Under the pieces are notes generated by a model. The model did not search any database and was not told the origin of the DNA. It saw nothing but the letters and a program-made list of their open reading frames with translations. This document shows, piece by piece, positions 51,961-64,000 of a DNA stretch of 64,000 nt. The position numbers and the translations under genes are program-made. The stretch comes from Camelus dromedarius (taxonomy: Eukaryota). The first letter of the stretch is position 1; every line of letters starts with the position of its first letter. The DNA is taken from positions 23,128,001 to 23,192,000 of the forward strand of contig NC_087436.1 in the NCBI RefSeq assembly GCF_036321535.1, given 5' to 3'.

Positions 51961-53687
51961 TTAGCGGAGTTGTTTGGTGGTGGTTAGAAAGGTCAGTTGG
52001 AATGATATACATATGCTTGGCATGTGTAGTACACTTCATTTCATTTCTCCAACTAGCGTGTTGTAAACAAGGCTTCTAGTGGAAACGTGGACTCTGCTCC
52101 CCAGACCCTTAGGCTCTCTAAAGTCTTCCCCACTCTTTGGATTTAGTTGTCTATTGCCAGTTAGGTACCAGGGTAATTCTGGAAACTTCCTTTGCAGGCA
52201 GGCCGAGCTATAGTGAGGACACTTATCTCAGAGAGAAAGCACCTTCTAGGAACCAGGAGAGGAGCTGTGTGTGCTGGCCAGGCCACAGTGGCTCCCCCTG
52301 GGGTGTACACACACACTGGTCTCTGGTCCCACCCACAGGGTCCCTGGTTCCCATCTGGAGAATAAGCAGAAAATAATGAACTTGTGAGGCCTGAACTTGC
52401 CACTGTCGGTAGAAGCTTTTGGGCAGCCTTGGAAACCAGCTCTTCAAAGGTTAGTCTCCCTGCCTCTCTCCCTACCCCCACCCCGAAGAGAAAGAGTGGA
52501 TTAAGAAGGCTTCTTCCTAATAGAAATAAAACCAGCAGAGAATGTGCCACCTTCCCTGGGGTGGCCAGTGTTACCACTGAAGTAACGCAGTGATGTCCGG
52601 TTTCTCTTGCTGCACCTGCCACAAAACGGCCCTCGTCACCCTGCGTGCGGGAAGCAGCTTAGTGGACTCGCTTGGACAGTTAAACGCATCCTGGCTTCAT
52701 TCAGTGAATGTCTCCGAGCCTCCATTTCCTCATCTGTGACATGCGGATAATACCTTGCTGGTTTTTTGCAAGGATGAAAGAGGTGATCTTGTGTAAGGAC
52801 AGTACCTGATACGACAGAAGGGGTGAAGGGGCTCAATACATCTCCTCCTCCTCATAGTTTCCTAAGCGGTTTTCCTGTTTCTGTTCCCCCTCCCCTAACA
52901 ACTCCACGCTGCCGCCAGAGAGATTTCTACACAACACACATGATGGCCAGTTCTTACAAAGTCCAAACAGTGCAGCATGGGGCCGCCAAACCGCGATCTG
53001 CTCCTTCCTCCAGACCCGCAGTCACTCCCCAGACAGGCCGTGTGCCTTCCCGCTGTGCTGGGCTGCCTTGCCACACTTCAGCAACCACCAGCAGTACGAT
53101 TGCTGAATCCTTCCCCAGTGCCGGCACTGTATGTTTCATATGCCTTGTGTCCTTTACTCCCCACTGCAACCCTGTCAGGAAGATACTATTACCTTCATTC
53201 TATGGATGAAGAAACATTTTTTACAAATTATATACCTCGGTTCAAGGTCATGACCCTAGGGTGCAAGTCAGACTGGGGTTCCACTCAGGTTCTCAGTGCT
53301 TTGAAGTGCTATCTTCTACCTAGTCCAACTCCAGGATGCTGTTCAAAACAGTCTCTCACGTGAGCACCCCAGCCCTGGGTGATCACCTTTTAGCATCTGT
53401 TGCACGTACTCTTGAACCACCTGAGCAAATGATCACTTTAATGGTTGCCATTTGTATGTGGTGCTTCTGCCTTCCCAGCCGGATCCTGGTCTCCTCAGAG
53501 ACAGCAGACATAGATTCTAATTCCATTGCCCAGCAAAGTAGCCTCTCCTTGGTGCTCAGTGTCCATTTCGTGATGATAAAGATGAAAACCTGTGCCTGCA
53601 GGAATGAGATCGTAATTATTCCTTCACCTCTTCTGGGTGCTAATAACCATGGTAACTACTTACTCAGATTCAAAACATAACCTTGGC

Positions 53688-53897
53688 TATACACACTACC
53701 AGGTATAAACAAGATAAACAACGAGTACAGCACAGGGAGCTATATTCAGTATCTTGTAATAACCTATAATGGAAAAGAATCTGAAAAAGCATAGATATAT
53801 TAACCAAATCACTTTGCTGTACACCTGAAACCAACATAACACTGTAAATCAGCTATACTTCCATAAGGAAAAAAAAAAAATGGAAAAAAAGAACCCT
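53688..53897 (+). mobile_element. Short L1 3' end with poly(A) and 12-bp near-TSD
   Basis: agcacagggagctatattcagtatcttgtaataacctataatggaaaagaatctgaa...aatcactttgctgtacacctgaaac; TSD CATAACCTTGGC (53676-53687) / CATAAGCTTGGC (53898-53909). Confidence 0.88.
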
Positions 53898-54049
53898 CAT
53901 AAGCTTGGCAGGCACTTTTTCATCTGTCATTCAGTCTCCTCTATAATAGAAGATGGAAGTGTTATGACCTAAAGCTCCTTTCATGCTGTAAAATTAAGCA
54001 TTATTTTAAAAAAAATCCTGCATACATTACATGGACAAGATACTCTGCA

Positions 54050-54245
54050 GTTCATGTGGCACTTTTATGCACATATGTCACCTGATTTTCCCAACAACCC
54101 TGGGAGACTGGCAGAGGAGATGAATGATCTCTGACTTAGTGGCAGGAGAGTAGGGCACAGAGAGGCCAGGTGACTTGTTGGAAGTCACACAGCTTGTGAG
54201 TGGGAAGGTGGGAACTTGAACTCACCACCTGTGACTACTTTGTGC
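54050..54245 (-). mobile_element. MIR SINE
   Basis: caacaaccctgggag...gcacagagagg..gtgacttg..gtcacacagct. Confidence 0.7.
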
Positions 54246-57200
54246 AGCCCTAGTGGGCCCTGCCATGTTGGAAATGTTCTCACTCCCACCGAGGAGGCAG
54301 ACCAGTGCAATCTAAGTGTTTCCTTTGTACTCTGGCACTCTCCCAAGTGTGAAAAGACTTAGTTTTTCTAGGGGTTTCCCTGATGATCTTTTTGGAAATT
54401 AGTTGAAATAGGCATGTTGGTAATTTCCTAACCTCTTGGCTTGCTTATTGAGAAAGTGTTAGGTCACTGTGGTGGTTTATTCATTGGACCTTCCGGGAAG
54501 AGCTAGGAGGCCTGAGACCCTGGCCATAGGTTACATAGGGTGGCCCTGACTCACTTTTCCTCCAGGTCCATTCAGAGGAGTGAGGAATGAGGATCAGAGA
54601 TCCTGAAACTTTTACAAGGGGATTTTTCTGGTCTAATAAAAATTTTCAAAGAATGAACAGAAAGGGAAGCCAAGATGAGGCAAATGTCACATGAGTCACG
54701 TCCCAACATACACAGCTAGATGTATTCTTTTCCTGTAAAAAAAAAAGAGAGAGAGAGAGAAAATATATATTGCATTCAAATAAAGTAGAGCACATTTAAT
54801 GTATTTTTATAGGCAGATTCTTGCAGAACGACATACTATCAATTCAATTGAATGATGTCCGTATATATCAAAAGTAAATGTATAGGAATTTTGTAATGTG
54901 CTGTTATCTTAAAGACTTTTCTCGCTTTGTTTCACCCAATCCAGAGCTTTCCACCTATTTTCACATCATTGCACACTAAGGAAGTGGGAGTATTTGCATG
55001 ACATGTGGGCAAGGCCCCGCCCAGCCGCCCTCAGGGAGTCTGTGTCACTGTCTTCCTGGGCACCACTGGGAAGCCGTGCCTCATGCCAGACAGTTAAGGG
55101 CTGGGCACCTGGAGGCACCCAGAACCCTGCTCTCCTGTCTCGTCTCAGAGAATGCACTGGTTGCCCCTGGGGGAAACCCTGAGCGCCTCAAGAGCACACC
55201 TTTCCTGATCATATAATCTTCACGCCTAGACAGAGCCGTGGAAACAATCTGTTCTCCTGATCTGAGGTCTAGGTTTCAGAGGCCCCGGCCCCCCACTGGC
55301 AGAGGAGAGGTTCTGAAGCCTGGAAGCTCGGTGATGACATGCCTCCTGCTGCCGGCTTCTCCCACAGCCTTTGCCTCCTTGCCACCCGGGGTCACAGCGG
55401 ACATGCTGCTGAGAAGTTAGTCTCAGAGCCGTAAATGAGATATTGTCACAACAGGAAATGGAGAGTCGTGTCTAAAAGGAAAAGGGCTGGTGAATTAGCC
55501 ATCGAGGAAGAATCATCGGCATTCCAGACTCGTTCGTGTGATAGCTGTCCCCTAAGAAGCCTGTGCTGTTTGAAACAGCATCATAAATGCTGTTAATTTA
55601 TAACTGGAAAAATTTTCAAACTTAGGCTCTTCCACTTTTCCATGTATTTCTCCCTCTTCCCACCTCCCTCCCAATATAAATGACAGAAAGAAAAGTTGAG
55701 GCAAAAATCTTCTGCCTATATCTTTTGGATTCACGGAACATATGCTGATTCTATACAGAATCAGGGCATTTAGGGTCACATAACAGAATCTGAGGGAGAG
55801 AGTGTTTTATGTTTATTCAAAAAGTGTATTGGTTGAGAAACATTGCATTAAAGGAGTTCTTGAAGGTGATTATCTGTAAAGGTCTTAGAATATTGATTTT
55901 GATTTAATCCTATTCTTTTATGCATATTGTGTTTCTTTAAATCCAAAGATAGAAACCAAAATTTGAGGGTTTTTTTAAGACACTTCACTGCTCTAAACTC
56001 ATTTTAAATGAGCAGATTGTCATATGTGTGTATGCATATATATGTGTGCAAACTATGTATGTATATATGTATGTGTATACATTTTCGTGTGCATGTATCA
56101 TATTTGCTTAGAGATTAAGGAGCTAGGTATAGGAGATGTAATTCAGGGTGAAAGAAACATAACAAGACCCTCATTACTTTCATTTCCCCTACTCATTAAT
56201 AAAACAATAATATAAAAAATAATTTCCCCCACCTTTCATCTTCCTTCGTCAGTCTCTGCTTGAAGATACATGAGTCCGTGACATTGCTAATACCACACAA
56301 CTGGTTGCCATCCTTCTCTGTGTCTGTTGTGTCAGGTTTTATAGCATGAAAAAAACCCCAATTTCTTGGAAATGACTTTGAAATCACTTTGCAAAGGTTA
56401 TCCCCCCTTACCCCACAGTACACTGCTTTCCATTATTGCTGGTGATCCTTTTTTCCATCCATTGTGGACATTTTTCAGAATAGTATACAAGCTATTTCCA
56501 GGCCATTCCTGCACTGTTTCTCAAGAAATCTTAATTGGATTTAATGTATTCCATAAGGGACTCACCTACATTTGCAGGTCGTTTCCACGTATTGAAAAAC
56601 ACATCAGGTCATAATATATAACTTGACAAAATACCGACGTTACTTGCTGCCACACACCGGGCTTTGCAAAGTCAAAGCCTCTTTGGCAGGCTTCCTAGTT
56701 TGGTTTCTCCCACTTGTTGGCACTGTGATTCTCTTTATTTTCAGGTCCTTCCAGCTTGATTTTTCTCTTTAAAGCTTTATCTAGACCTTAGGTGAAGATT
56801 GCTTTCACTTGATCCATCACAAACTGAGATGTCTCTGTGAAATAGACCTTAGTCTCATCCAGGTGACTTAAGGCTAAGCTAGACTCAGAATTCTTCCGAA
56901 GAGGGAATGCAGGTGAGGTTGGATGCCCTAAAAGTGAGAAAGTCAAGACAAAATGCCAGGCTGCTATGTACTTCTGCCCTGTAAATAGCATGATTGTTTT
57001 AATCACAGTTCTGTTTTTATCTGTTCTGGAATATTTGGATGCAAGGCTGGAAGGCGTATTATTAACTTGCTGTTAATGCCTTGGCACTGTGTTACATAAC
57101 ACTCGCCTTGCTGTCCTACCAAAGGGAACGTTTACCAATAGTCCATCTTAGATGGAGCCAAGGGGGTAGTTAGGGTTTTAGTTGGTCACTTTTGGTTGCG

Positions 57201-57789
57201 AGGACCAGAGACTCAAGTTACCTTAGGTACTTGGGTTTCGTTGGCAGGATGCATGGACCTGGCACCAGGCCTGGAGAGCTGACAGAAAGCAAGACAGCTG
57301 AAGGGAAGTGGCTCCCTGCCTCCCCCTCAGCTCCCGATTGCGTGGTCCCTCCTCTGCCCTCTCCATTTCTGCTCACTTATCATGCTGACAGCCGGCTGTC
57401 TCAACTTCTGCTTTGTATCTCTTCTTTAGCTTAGTGTTTCTGCCTCTGTGGCATCTGGCTTGCTTGCTGCCCTCCTTTCTCACGAAATCCTTTCAGCATC
57501 CATTTCTCTAGCTGCTTGGCTTTCCTCCTAGTCTGCCTCAGCTCAGACTCCCTTGAGAGGGTGTGAGGGGCCGGCCTCATCTTCCACATAGGCCACACCT
57601 GAGCCCCATGCGTTTGCCCTGGTGGAAGGCAGTCTTATTTTGTGCAGCGTGACGGTCCTCCTGCCCACCCCAACGTGAGCATCATAGGATGACCGGTTCT
57701 TAGGGTGGCCGGTGCCCATGGCAGGAAGTGGTAGCTGGAGCTGACGGGTCACATAGTCTCATCTTTTATGAAATCTTAAAATGATGTTC

Positions 57790-58980
57790 TGTTATTCTTT
57801 TATTATTGCTATATTATAACATATGCAAATTGTAAATAATTATGAATATAAAGTTTTATAAAGTATAGTTCCAACGGCAGAACAACTACTTAAAAAAATG
57901 CAGTTCTAATAATTCAGAAGAGTTCCTGATTTCTTCCCTAGGGGACATCTCCCCAGGCTGGTGTCATTCTCCAGCGGTCATCAGTATGAACAGTTGGGTG
58001 TGCCTCCTTCCAGGCGTTTCCTCTGTAGATATGAGCACATATTGCCTCTTTGTTTGTCTTGCTTATATGTAGCCAAAGGAAACACTATGGGTACTTAAAA
58101 TATAATGAATGTTCAGTTATAAAATATAATGAATACTCAGTGATAAAAATAACAAAACTAATTTCATTCAGCTTTTGTGGTTTTTATCCTGGGACTATAA
58201 ACTTCCTGTCTTAAGATAAGGTAGTTATTAAACACCTAGTCACTACAACTGGGTTAAGCAGTATGGCCCTATGTGTATTAATATGTACCAATTTGTTGTA
58301 TTGGTGTGCTTTGTCTACTAGAGGGAAAATATGAATTTTAAAAGAATTTCTACAGACAAAGGCCAGGCCCCTCTCCACTGGAACTTGTTTTGGGGATGCC
58401 ATTCACTTAGCTACTGACCCCAAGCTGGCACGCTGCATCCTAGCAACAAGACCACTTACCTGTGGTTATCTGCCATGAAGCAGCAGCTTTGATGTAAACA
58501 TGGTAACCGTCTGTTTACTTGATGGTACGCTTTCTCTTTGAGTAAACAAAGCCCAAAGTAGGAGGTTGGAAATAATTGAGAAAACAACAACAACAACAAT
58601 TTTTTACATCGTAAAAGTATTGAATGTACATTTGAGAAAGTTTTAGAAACACAGAACAACACAAAAGAAAGTAAAATTATTTTGTCCACCAATATGTTCA
58701 TTTTTGTAATCTTTAAAAATAATACATATGTTATAATTCAATATAGACAGTATTGTACTTGGACAGAGTGGGATCATATAGAACAAAAATGATAGTTTTG
58801 TGGTTTTTTTCACATAACATACTAGATACATCTTGCCATGTCATTAAAAAATTATTTGAGGACGTGATTTTAAATGTCTAAGCATCATTGTATACCTGTA
58901 CTATAATTTATATAGACATTCTAGGTTATTGCCTAAATGTAATTTTAAATTCATAATAACTTCATGCTGTTATTTCATTG
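57790..58980 (-). mobile_element. Scattered old L1ME-like fragments
   Basis: aacagttgggtgtgcctccttccagg; ttttttcacataacat...catcttgccatgtcat; low identity, discontinuous. Confidence 0.45.
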
Positions 58981-59510
58981 CGGAGAAGGGGGTTAGGTGA
59001 ATTAGGAGAAGGGTGGGCAGTCGTTTGGGACAGTAAGTGGCTCCTGCAAAACTTGGCCCGCCTGACAGAAGGGGTCCGAGGAGTGTCAAGCCCAGGTTTC
59101 ACCGAGGCAGTGGGTGTGGCTCGTCTCTTAGAAGCAGTGGGCTTCACATCAGTTTTACTGCTCGCAGCAGCTCCGAAAGGGCTTGTGCATCCTTGTTCTC
59201 GTGGCTGACCTTGGCCGGCCTTGAGCCATCAGTTTCAGACGTTCAGACCTGCCTCCACAGACAAAATGGGAATCAATACCCCTTCCCGTCGTATAAATGG
59301 AAGCAACTGAAAATGAAATGAAAATGCATCTCCCTTCCTCTTCCTGGGTTGAGGGCTTGTTTGAGGAGTTGGATTGCACAGGTGCCTGGAGTGTTTCTGA
59401 ATCAATTCAGTCCATTGTCCTCATTGATCTGTGTCAGAGCAGACTTGAATCCCTGACAAAAGTCTGAGCATCATGTTTGTGGAGATGAAATCACCACTGC
59501 CTGCTGGCGT

Positions 59511-59687
59511 CAGGGCCAGCTCTGGGGTCTGTGGTCCGTGCTGGTGCACCAGGACCTGCACTTAGAAGAGCCCCAGGCTTGATTTAATGTTTTCCTATGG
59601 CTGTCTAGAAATCCCCAAGAAATTATAAGCAAGGGAACCTGCATTTTCATTTTGCACAGGGCTCCACAAATTATGTGGCTCATCTTA
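59511..59687 (+). mobile_element. Non-autonomous hAT DNA transposon, MER45A-like
   Basis: cagggccagct...cttagaagagcccc..gcttgatttaatg...gcattttcattttgcacagggctccacaaattatgt; ~177 bp; family name from memory. Confidence 0.7.
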
Positions 59688-60245
59688 ACTAGGGTGTAAA
59701 GTGAGGTATTAAGAAGTTATTTAAAATAACTAAAATAAAATGATTCCTTCTCAGATGCCACCCCAAAGAGAAGGAAAAATCAATTCCACCTGCCCTCCCT
59801 TTGTGCAGGAGGAGGTGCGTGTGACTTTAAGAGACTGGCCTGCAGGGTAAATGGAGCAGCTCCTGGAAGACGGGCCTTCAAGGATGTTTGGGAGATCTGA
59901 GCAGCACGCAGCTAACTGGCTGCCGGACAGAGGCCCTGCAGGCCAAATCCTCTTCAGATTTCAGTTTTCTGCCCAGGTTGTTTAGTTACAAACCAGTCTG
60001 TGCTTTATCTTTTGTAGAGGAAAATATGGATGTAGATTTTGAGCCCTAACTTTCTGGGTATTTATGTAAGCTTGGGTTTCAAAGACCCCATTATCCAGAA
60101 TTAGTTTGAAATACTACAGAGGGGGTGCCCTGCCTCTCCAAGTTTTGTCTTTCTGCCCTCTTCAGCCTGATCCCCTCTTGGTAAGATATGAGTCAAGGGT
60201 CTCTCAGGGACCACCTCATATGCTAGGTCAGAGTCTCCTCACTTT

Positions 60246-60313
60246 TGTTTATTCATTATTATTTTTAAATGAAATATAGTTGATGGACAATATCATGTTA
60301 GTTTCAGGTTGGT
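60246..60313 (-). mobile_element. Ultra-short (~68 bp) L1 3' tail with TSD
   Basis: tgaaatatagttgatggacaatatcatgttagtttcaggt is the reverse L1 terminus; TSD TCTCCTCACTTT (60234-60245) / TCTCCACACTTT (60314-60325) followed by AAAA, i.e. an L1 endonuclease-type site. Confidence 0.75.
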
Positions 60314-60935
60314 TCTCCACACTTTAAAACCCGGGTCCCTTGAGATAAATATACAGGGAAACCCTCGTGCCTCCCCCCCATTCATGTATTCTTGCCTTCA
60401 ATTGAAAAATAATTTTGTTGAATTTTATTTTAGTTTGCAGTGGAAGAACTATGATTTTTTTTCATTTCTCAAATAAAAAGTTATGACATAGATTTGACTA
60501 TCCACTTTAAAAGTATATATGATTCTAATAAACACAGTCCTGAGCAAATTACTGCCCTTCAGCCTCTCCTTCCCTAATTCAGCATTATTTAAAGTGCCAG
60601 TTTGCAGCCTGTTTGTTAACGACTGCCTTGAGCTCAAGAATGGAAATTGAGATTAAGCATTTAGAAACCTGGAACAATTTGTCTGTTGAGTTAAATAATG
60701 AGAAAATTGAAGGCTTATATTTTCTTTGTCTTTTTTCATATTCTCTAGATATATTTTAGTATTTCATAGGCACTGTATTTTACAGACATGTCAGTCTGCA
60801 ACACATTGGAAATCAAAAACTGATTCTTAACCGCAAATAGTTTGAGGACTGTCCTAATTGACAGAATCAGCAATGTATTTGCTATGCTAGCAGAATTCTC
60901 ATTAATTCATCTTTCCACAGACAGTCACAGGTTCT

Positions 60936-60937
<2 letters not shown>

Positions 60938-60968
<31 letters not shown>
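60938..60968. repeat. (TG)15 microsatellite
   Basis: Uninterrupted TG run. Confidence 0.97.
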
Positions 60969-60971
<3 letters not shown>

Positions 60972-62079
60972 TGTGTAGATGGGCTCCCTCCCCTCAAGTA
61001 ATTTGTCTTTATTTCACGGCAACCATGATATACGTCTGGCTGGACTGGTGTCCCGAGAAGCAGCTGTGAAGGGGAGGGGGGTTTTGTGGATGATCTGTTT
61101 CAACCAACAGTTTGAACCATGTTGAGAAACCAGTTTTACTTAAATGTGCTAGAAGGGGTGGGAAATGTACAAGACTTAGGGAATCACAGACACTTCCAGA
61201 CTGTTCTACCTTGAAGGTAGGATCCCAGTGTCGGCGTTGGTCTCTCCTTTTTGCCAGGAGTACCCACGCTTGAGAAAGGCTGTTAGACTTTTTGAGGTTA
61301 TGGAACAGGGAAAACAGATTGCCCCCATCCTGATCTTCAGCCACCTCCCCTGCAAACCTCTCGTGTCCCTTTTCTGCTTGGGTGGAGAGCAGCCATCACC
61401 TGTATTTGTCTCTTGTGCACACTGTATCTGGCCTGCAGTGGCTGACTGGACCCTTATGTTGGTCACGGTGACGCTGCAAGCTCAGGTGCATGTGTAGGTA
61501 GGGAGCTGACCCTCACCTCAGCTGACCCTCACAGCCTTCTCCTTTGCGACTGTGCACACATGCCGGTCCCTAATCTCTCTCCTGGTCTCTGGCCAGTATG
61601 GTGAGCAAGCAAGTGTTTAAAAATCTGTGTGCAGGATGCAAGAGTTTAAATTGATTAAATCTTTGGGTTTTCTTGGTTTTGGGGCAACCAAATCTAATCT
61701 CTGGACTAGTTTCCAAAAGTAGGAGAATAGAAAGACTTGTACTTTCCCTAAATATCTCTGCTTTCGCTCCAACTTCATTTCAGATCAATCTCCACATTTA
61801 GTAAAAAGGGACAGATTACTTCCAGAAATTAGAGAAGTTAATGTCTCATGGTAAATTTCAGTTTCAGATATGAGTTTGAGCAGCATTACCGCCTACAGTC
61901 TGAGATGAGATTTTCTAGCCTTTTTCTCAAGTCTTGGTCCCCTTTCATTGTCTGATTCTTTGTGGCAAATGACTAGAACTTATTATATTGGGTCCCATGA
62001 CACAGAGGTGAATAAGCTCTGGAAATAGTTCTTGGTTTCTCCCGATGTCCATCAGGTAGAAAACCTTGTGGCCCATTTT

Positions 62080-62500
62080 ATAAACATTCAGCATGATGTG
62101 CTGGACATCATTCTAGGCTTCAGGAATTCCAAGATAAATAAGGCCGTGCCTGCCTCAAGAGCTCACAGCCTGATAGGAAGAACCGACTTTTTTTCTGGGC
62201 AAGAAACAATGTGATAATTACCTTAGTAATATGATGTGCAAGGTGGTTGGCAGACCACAGACAAGGGGACAGTTAATTGCCAGGAGATTTGGGGGTTTGG
62301 GTGTTTGAAGAAAGCAAAACAAATGCCTTAGGTGGCCCTTCACCTGGATATTGAGGGAAATAGATGTTTGCCAGAAAGAGAAAAGAAAGGACATTCCAGA
62401 TGGAATAAAACAGCTGTGTGAAGCCTTGAAGGCTTTAAAAACAAACAAGCAAGATTTATTAAGAGAAGTGTAAAAATTATGGTGTGGCTGGAGTTTGTGT
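62080..62500 (-). mobile_element. L2 fragment
   Basis: cattctaggc...aagataaataag..cctgcctcaagagctcacag...ggacattccaga. Confidence 0.55.
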
Positions 62501-62879
62501 ATCTGTCAGCAGCTGCTTCAGGACGTTACTGTTTAAGCCTTTCTGCCTAACGTCATGTGCAGACATAAGGGCTGAGACTAATAGGCGGTGTACCACTTAC
62601 ATCAAGGCAGCCGCAGGCAGAAGGACAAGGTAGAAGCCTGCAACCCACAGAAAACCTACATGGGAGGGATGCAGAGGGATTGCAAATACTGGTCCCAAGG
62701 TCTTGCATCTGTAGAGAATATAAATATATCGAAGTAAATCCAAGTGTACAGCCCCTCTGGCTTTAGAAATATCAGTGTGTATTTGCTGAAATGAATCAAA
62801 ATCCAGCGTGGATATTAGGAAGTCTCTAAGTAGTGAACTCTGAATTTCTGACCTGGATCTCTCAGCAAATGTCAGTACA

Positions 62880-63735
62880 GAGGAAAGGCAAATAACTCAC
62901 AGAATGGAAAATTGGAGTGGCCGATAAGCTGGAAGAGATACCCAAACTCATTAATAATCAGAAAAATGCAAATTTAAACAACAAATAGATATCGTTTCTC
63001 ACCCTTGAGACTGGTGAAAATGAAACAATCTGATAATACTAAGGGTTGCGGAAATTACGGATAAACATATTCTCTCACTTTCCTGGTACGATTGTGAATT
63101 GGCACAGTCACTTTGGAGACCAGTTTTGTAATATCGAATAAGATTTCAAAATATACTTACCCTGTGACCCAACAATTTCATCCTAAAAAAGTACTCATAT
63201 GTTTAAAGACCAAGTACAGAGACTGATTGCAGTGCCCATTATAGCAAAGAAAAAAAAAAAAAAGGAGATAAACCCAAACGTCCTTTATTAGGAAATGGAT
63301 ACATTACAGTATATTTTAAACAGTGGAATATTACACACTATTTGAAGTGAATGAATCAGATTTATAAGTATAACCTGGGTAAATTTTATAAATATATTAT
63401 TGAGTAAAAAAAAATAAATTTCAGAACAGTATCTGCTCTTTATCCTTAATGTAAAATTGAGAATATACATCAGTGTTAAATCTATATTTCATGTACATAC
63501 ATAGGGGGCAATAAAAATATAAGGACCTGGATGGGAAGAATAAAAACTTTGAGGATGGTGAATGGAGAGGGAAATAGGATTAAGGGGGCATTAAGGGGAC
63601 CTTTGCTGTCTGTGTTATGTTTTCTTTCATTAAAAAAAAAAAACAGATCTGAAGCAGATAAGGCCAAGTGTTAAAGACAGAGTGGTGGGACGTATATTTT
63701 GTAATTTTCAGTGGTTTTGAAGTATTTTATTAAAC
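62880..63735 (+). mobile_element. Old L1 (L1ME/MC-like) 3' portion
   Basis: cattaataatcagaaaaatgcaaatttaaacaac...gtgaattggcacagtcactttgga...tgacccaacaatttca...cagtggaatattacac. Confidence 0.78.
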
Positions 63736-64000
63736 AGTAGTGCTCAATACATCCCAGGCGCTCTCTGAATGGGTACTATTAGAGCATCCATGTCGGGACA
63801 CAGCCCACCCCCCAGACCACTCCGGCATGGTCTCTGTAGGGCTCAGCCTCATCTGACTGCTGCAAGGCTGAGGGGAGAGAGGGAGGTCGAGTGAGCTTTA
63901 GGGTCTTGTCCCCTTTGACACTACATTATTCCAAGATCACCAGCAGATGGATTGATCATTGTCATGGGCACATTCCTGCATGTCCTGTACTCCCCTGACA

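Larger units (their letters stand above)
25612..64000 (+). other. TBC1D9: TBC1D9 intron 1 (continues beyond the window)
   Basis: Begins at GTAAGG donor; the expected continuation (LLVGTLDVVLDSSARVAPYRIL) was not found by eye or in the ORF track. Confidence 0.75.

Noticed and set aside
52161..53680. Cluster of 110-150 aa ORFs in intron 1
   Set aside because: Overlap MIR fragments; no similarity to TBC1D9 exon 2 or any protein I recognise.

Overview
Mammalian genomic DNA. A tRNA-derived SINE and young L1 3' ends suggest a camelid, which is an inference. The only supportable protein-coding feature is the first coding exon of TBC1D9 (+ strand, 25482-25611, [44 protein letters not shown], then a GTAAGG donor). 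It sits in a CpG-island promoter (~24.6-25.85 kb). About 25 kb upstream is intergenic and the remaining ~38 kb is intron 1; I found no exon 2 in the window. The rest is mostly interspersed repeats: L1, L2, MIR, MaLR/ERV1 solo LTRs, a hAT MITE and a SINE. Several have clear target-site duplications (TSDs). All other ORF-track entries look spurious or are L1 ORF2 remnants. I see no convincing novel multi-gene system. The most interesting observations are a 30-codon uORF candidate, an unexplained duplicated GC/GT-box module in intron 1, a poly(A)-only retroposition scar, two candidate L1 3' transductions, and a CpG-rich solo LTR. Repeat family names come from recognition by eye and need RepeatMasker/Dfam confirmation.
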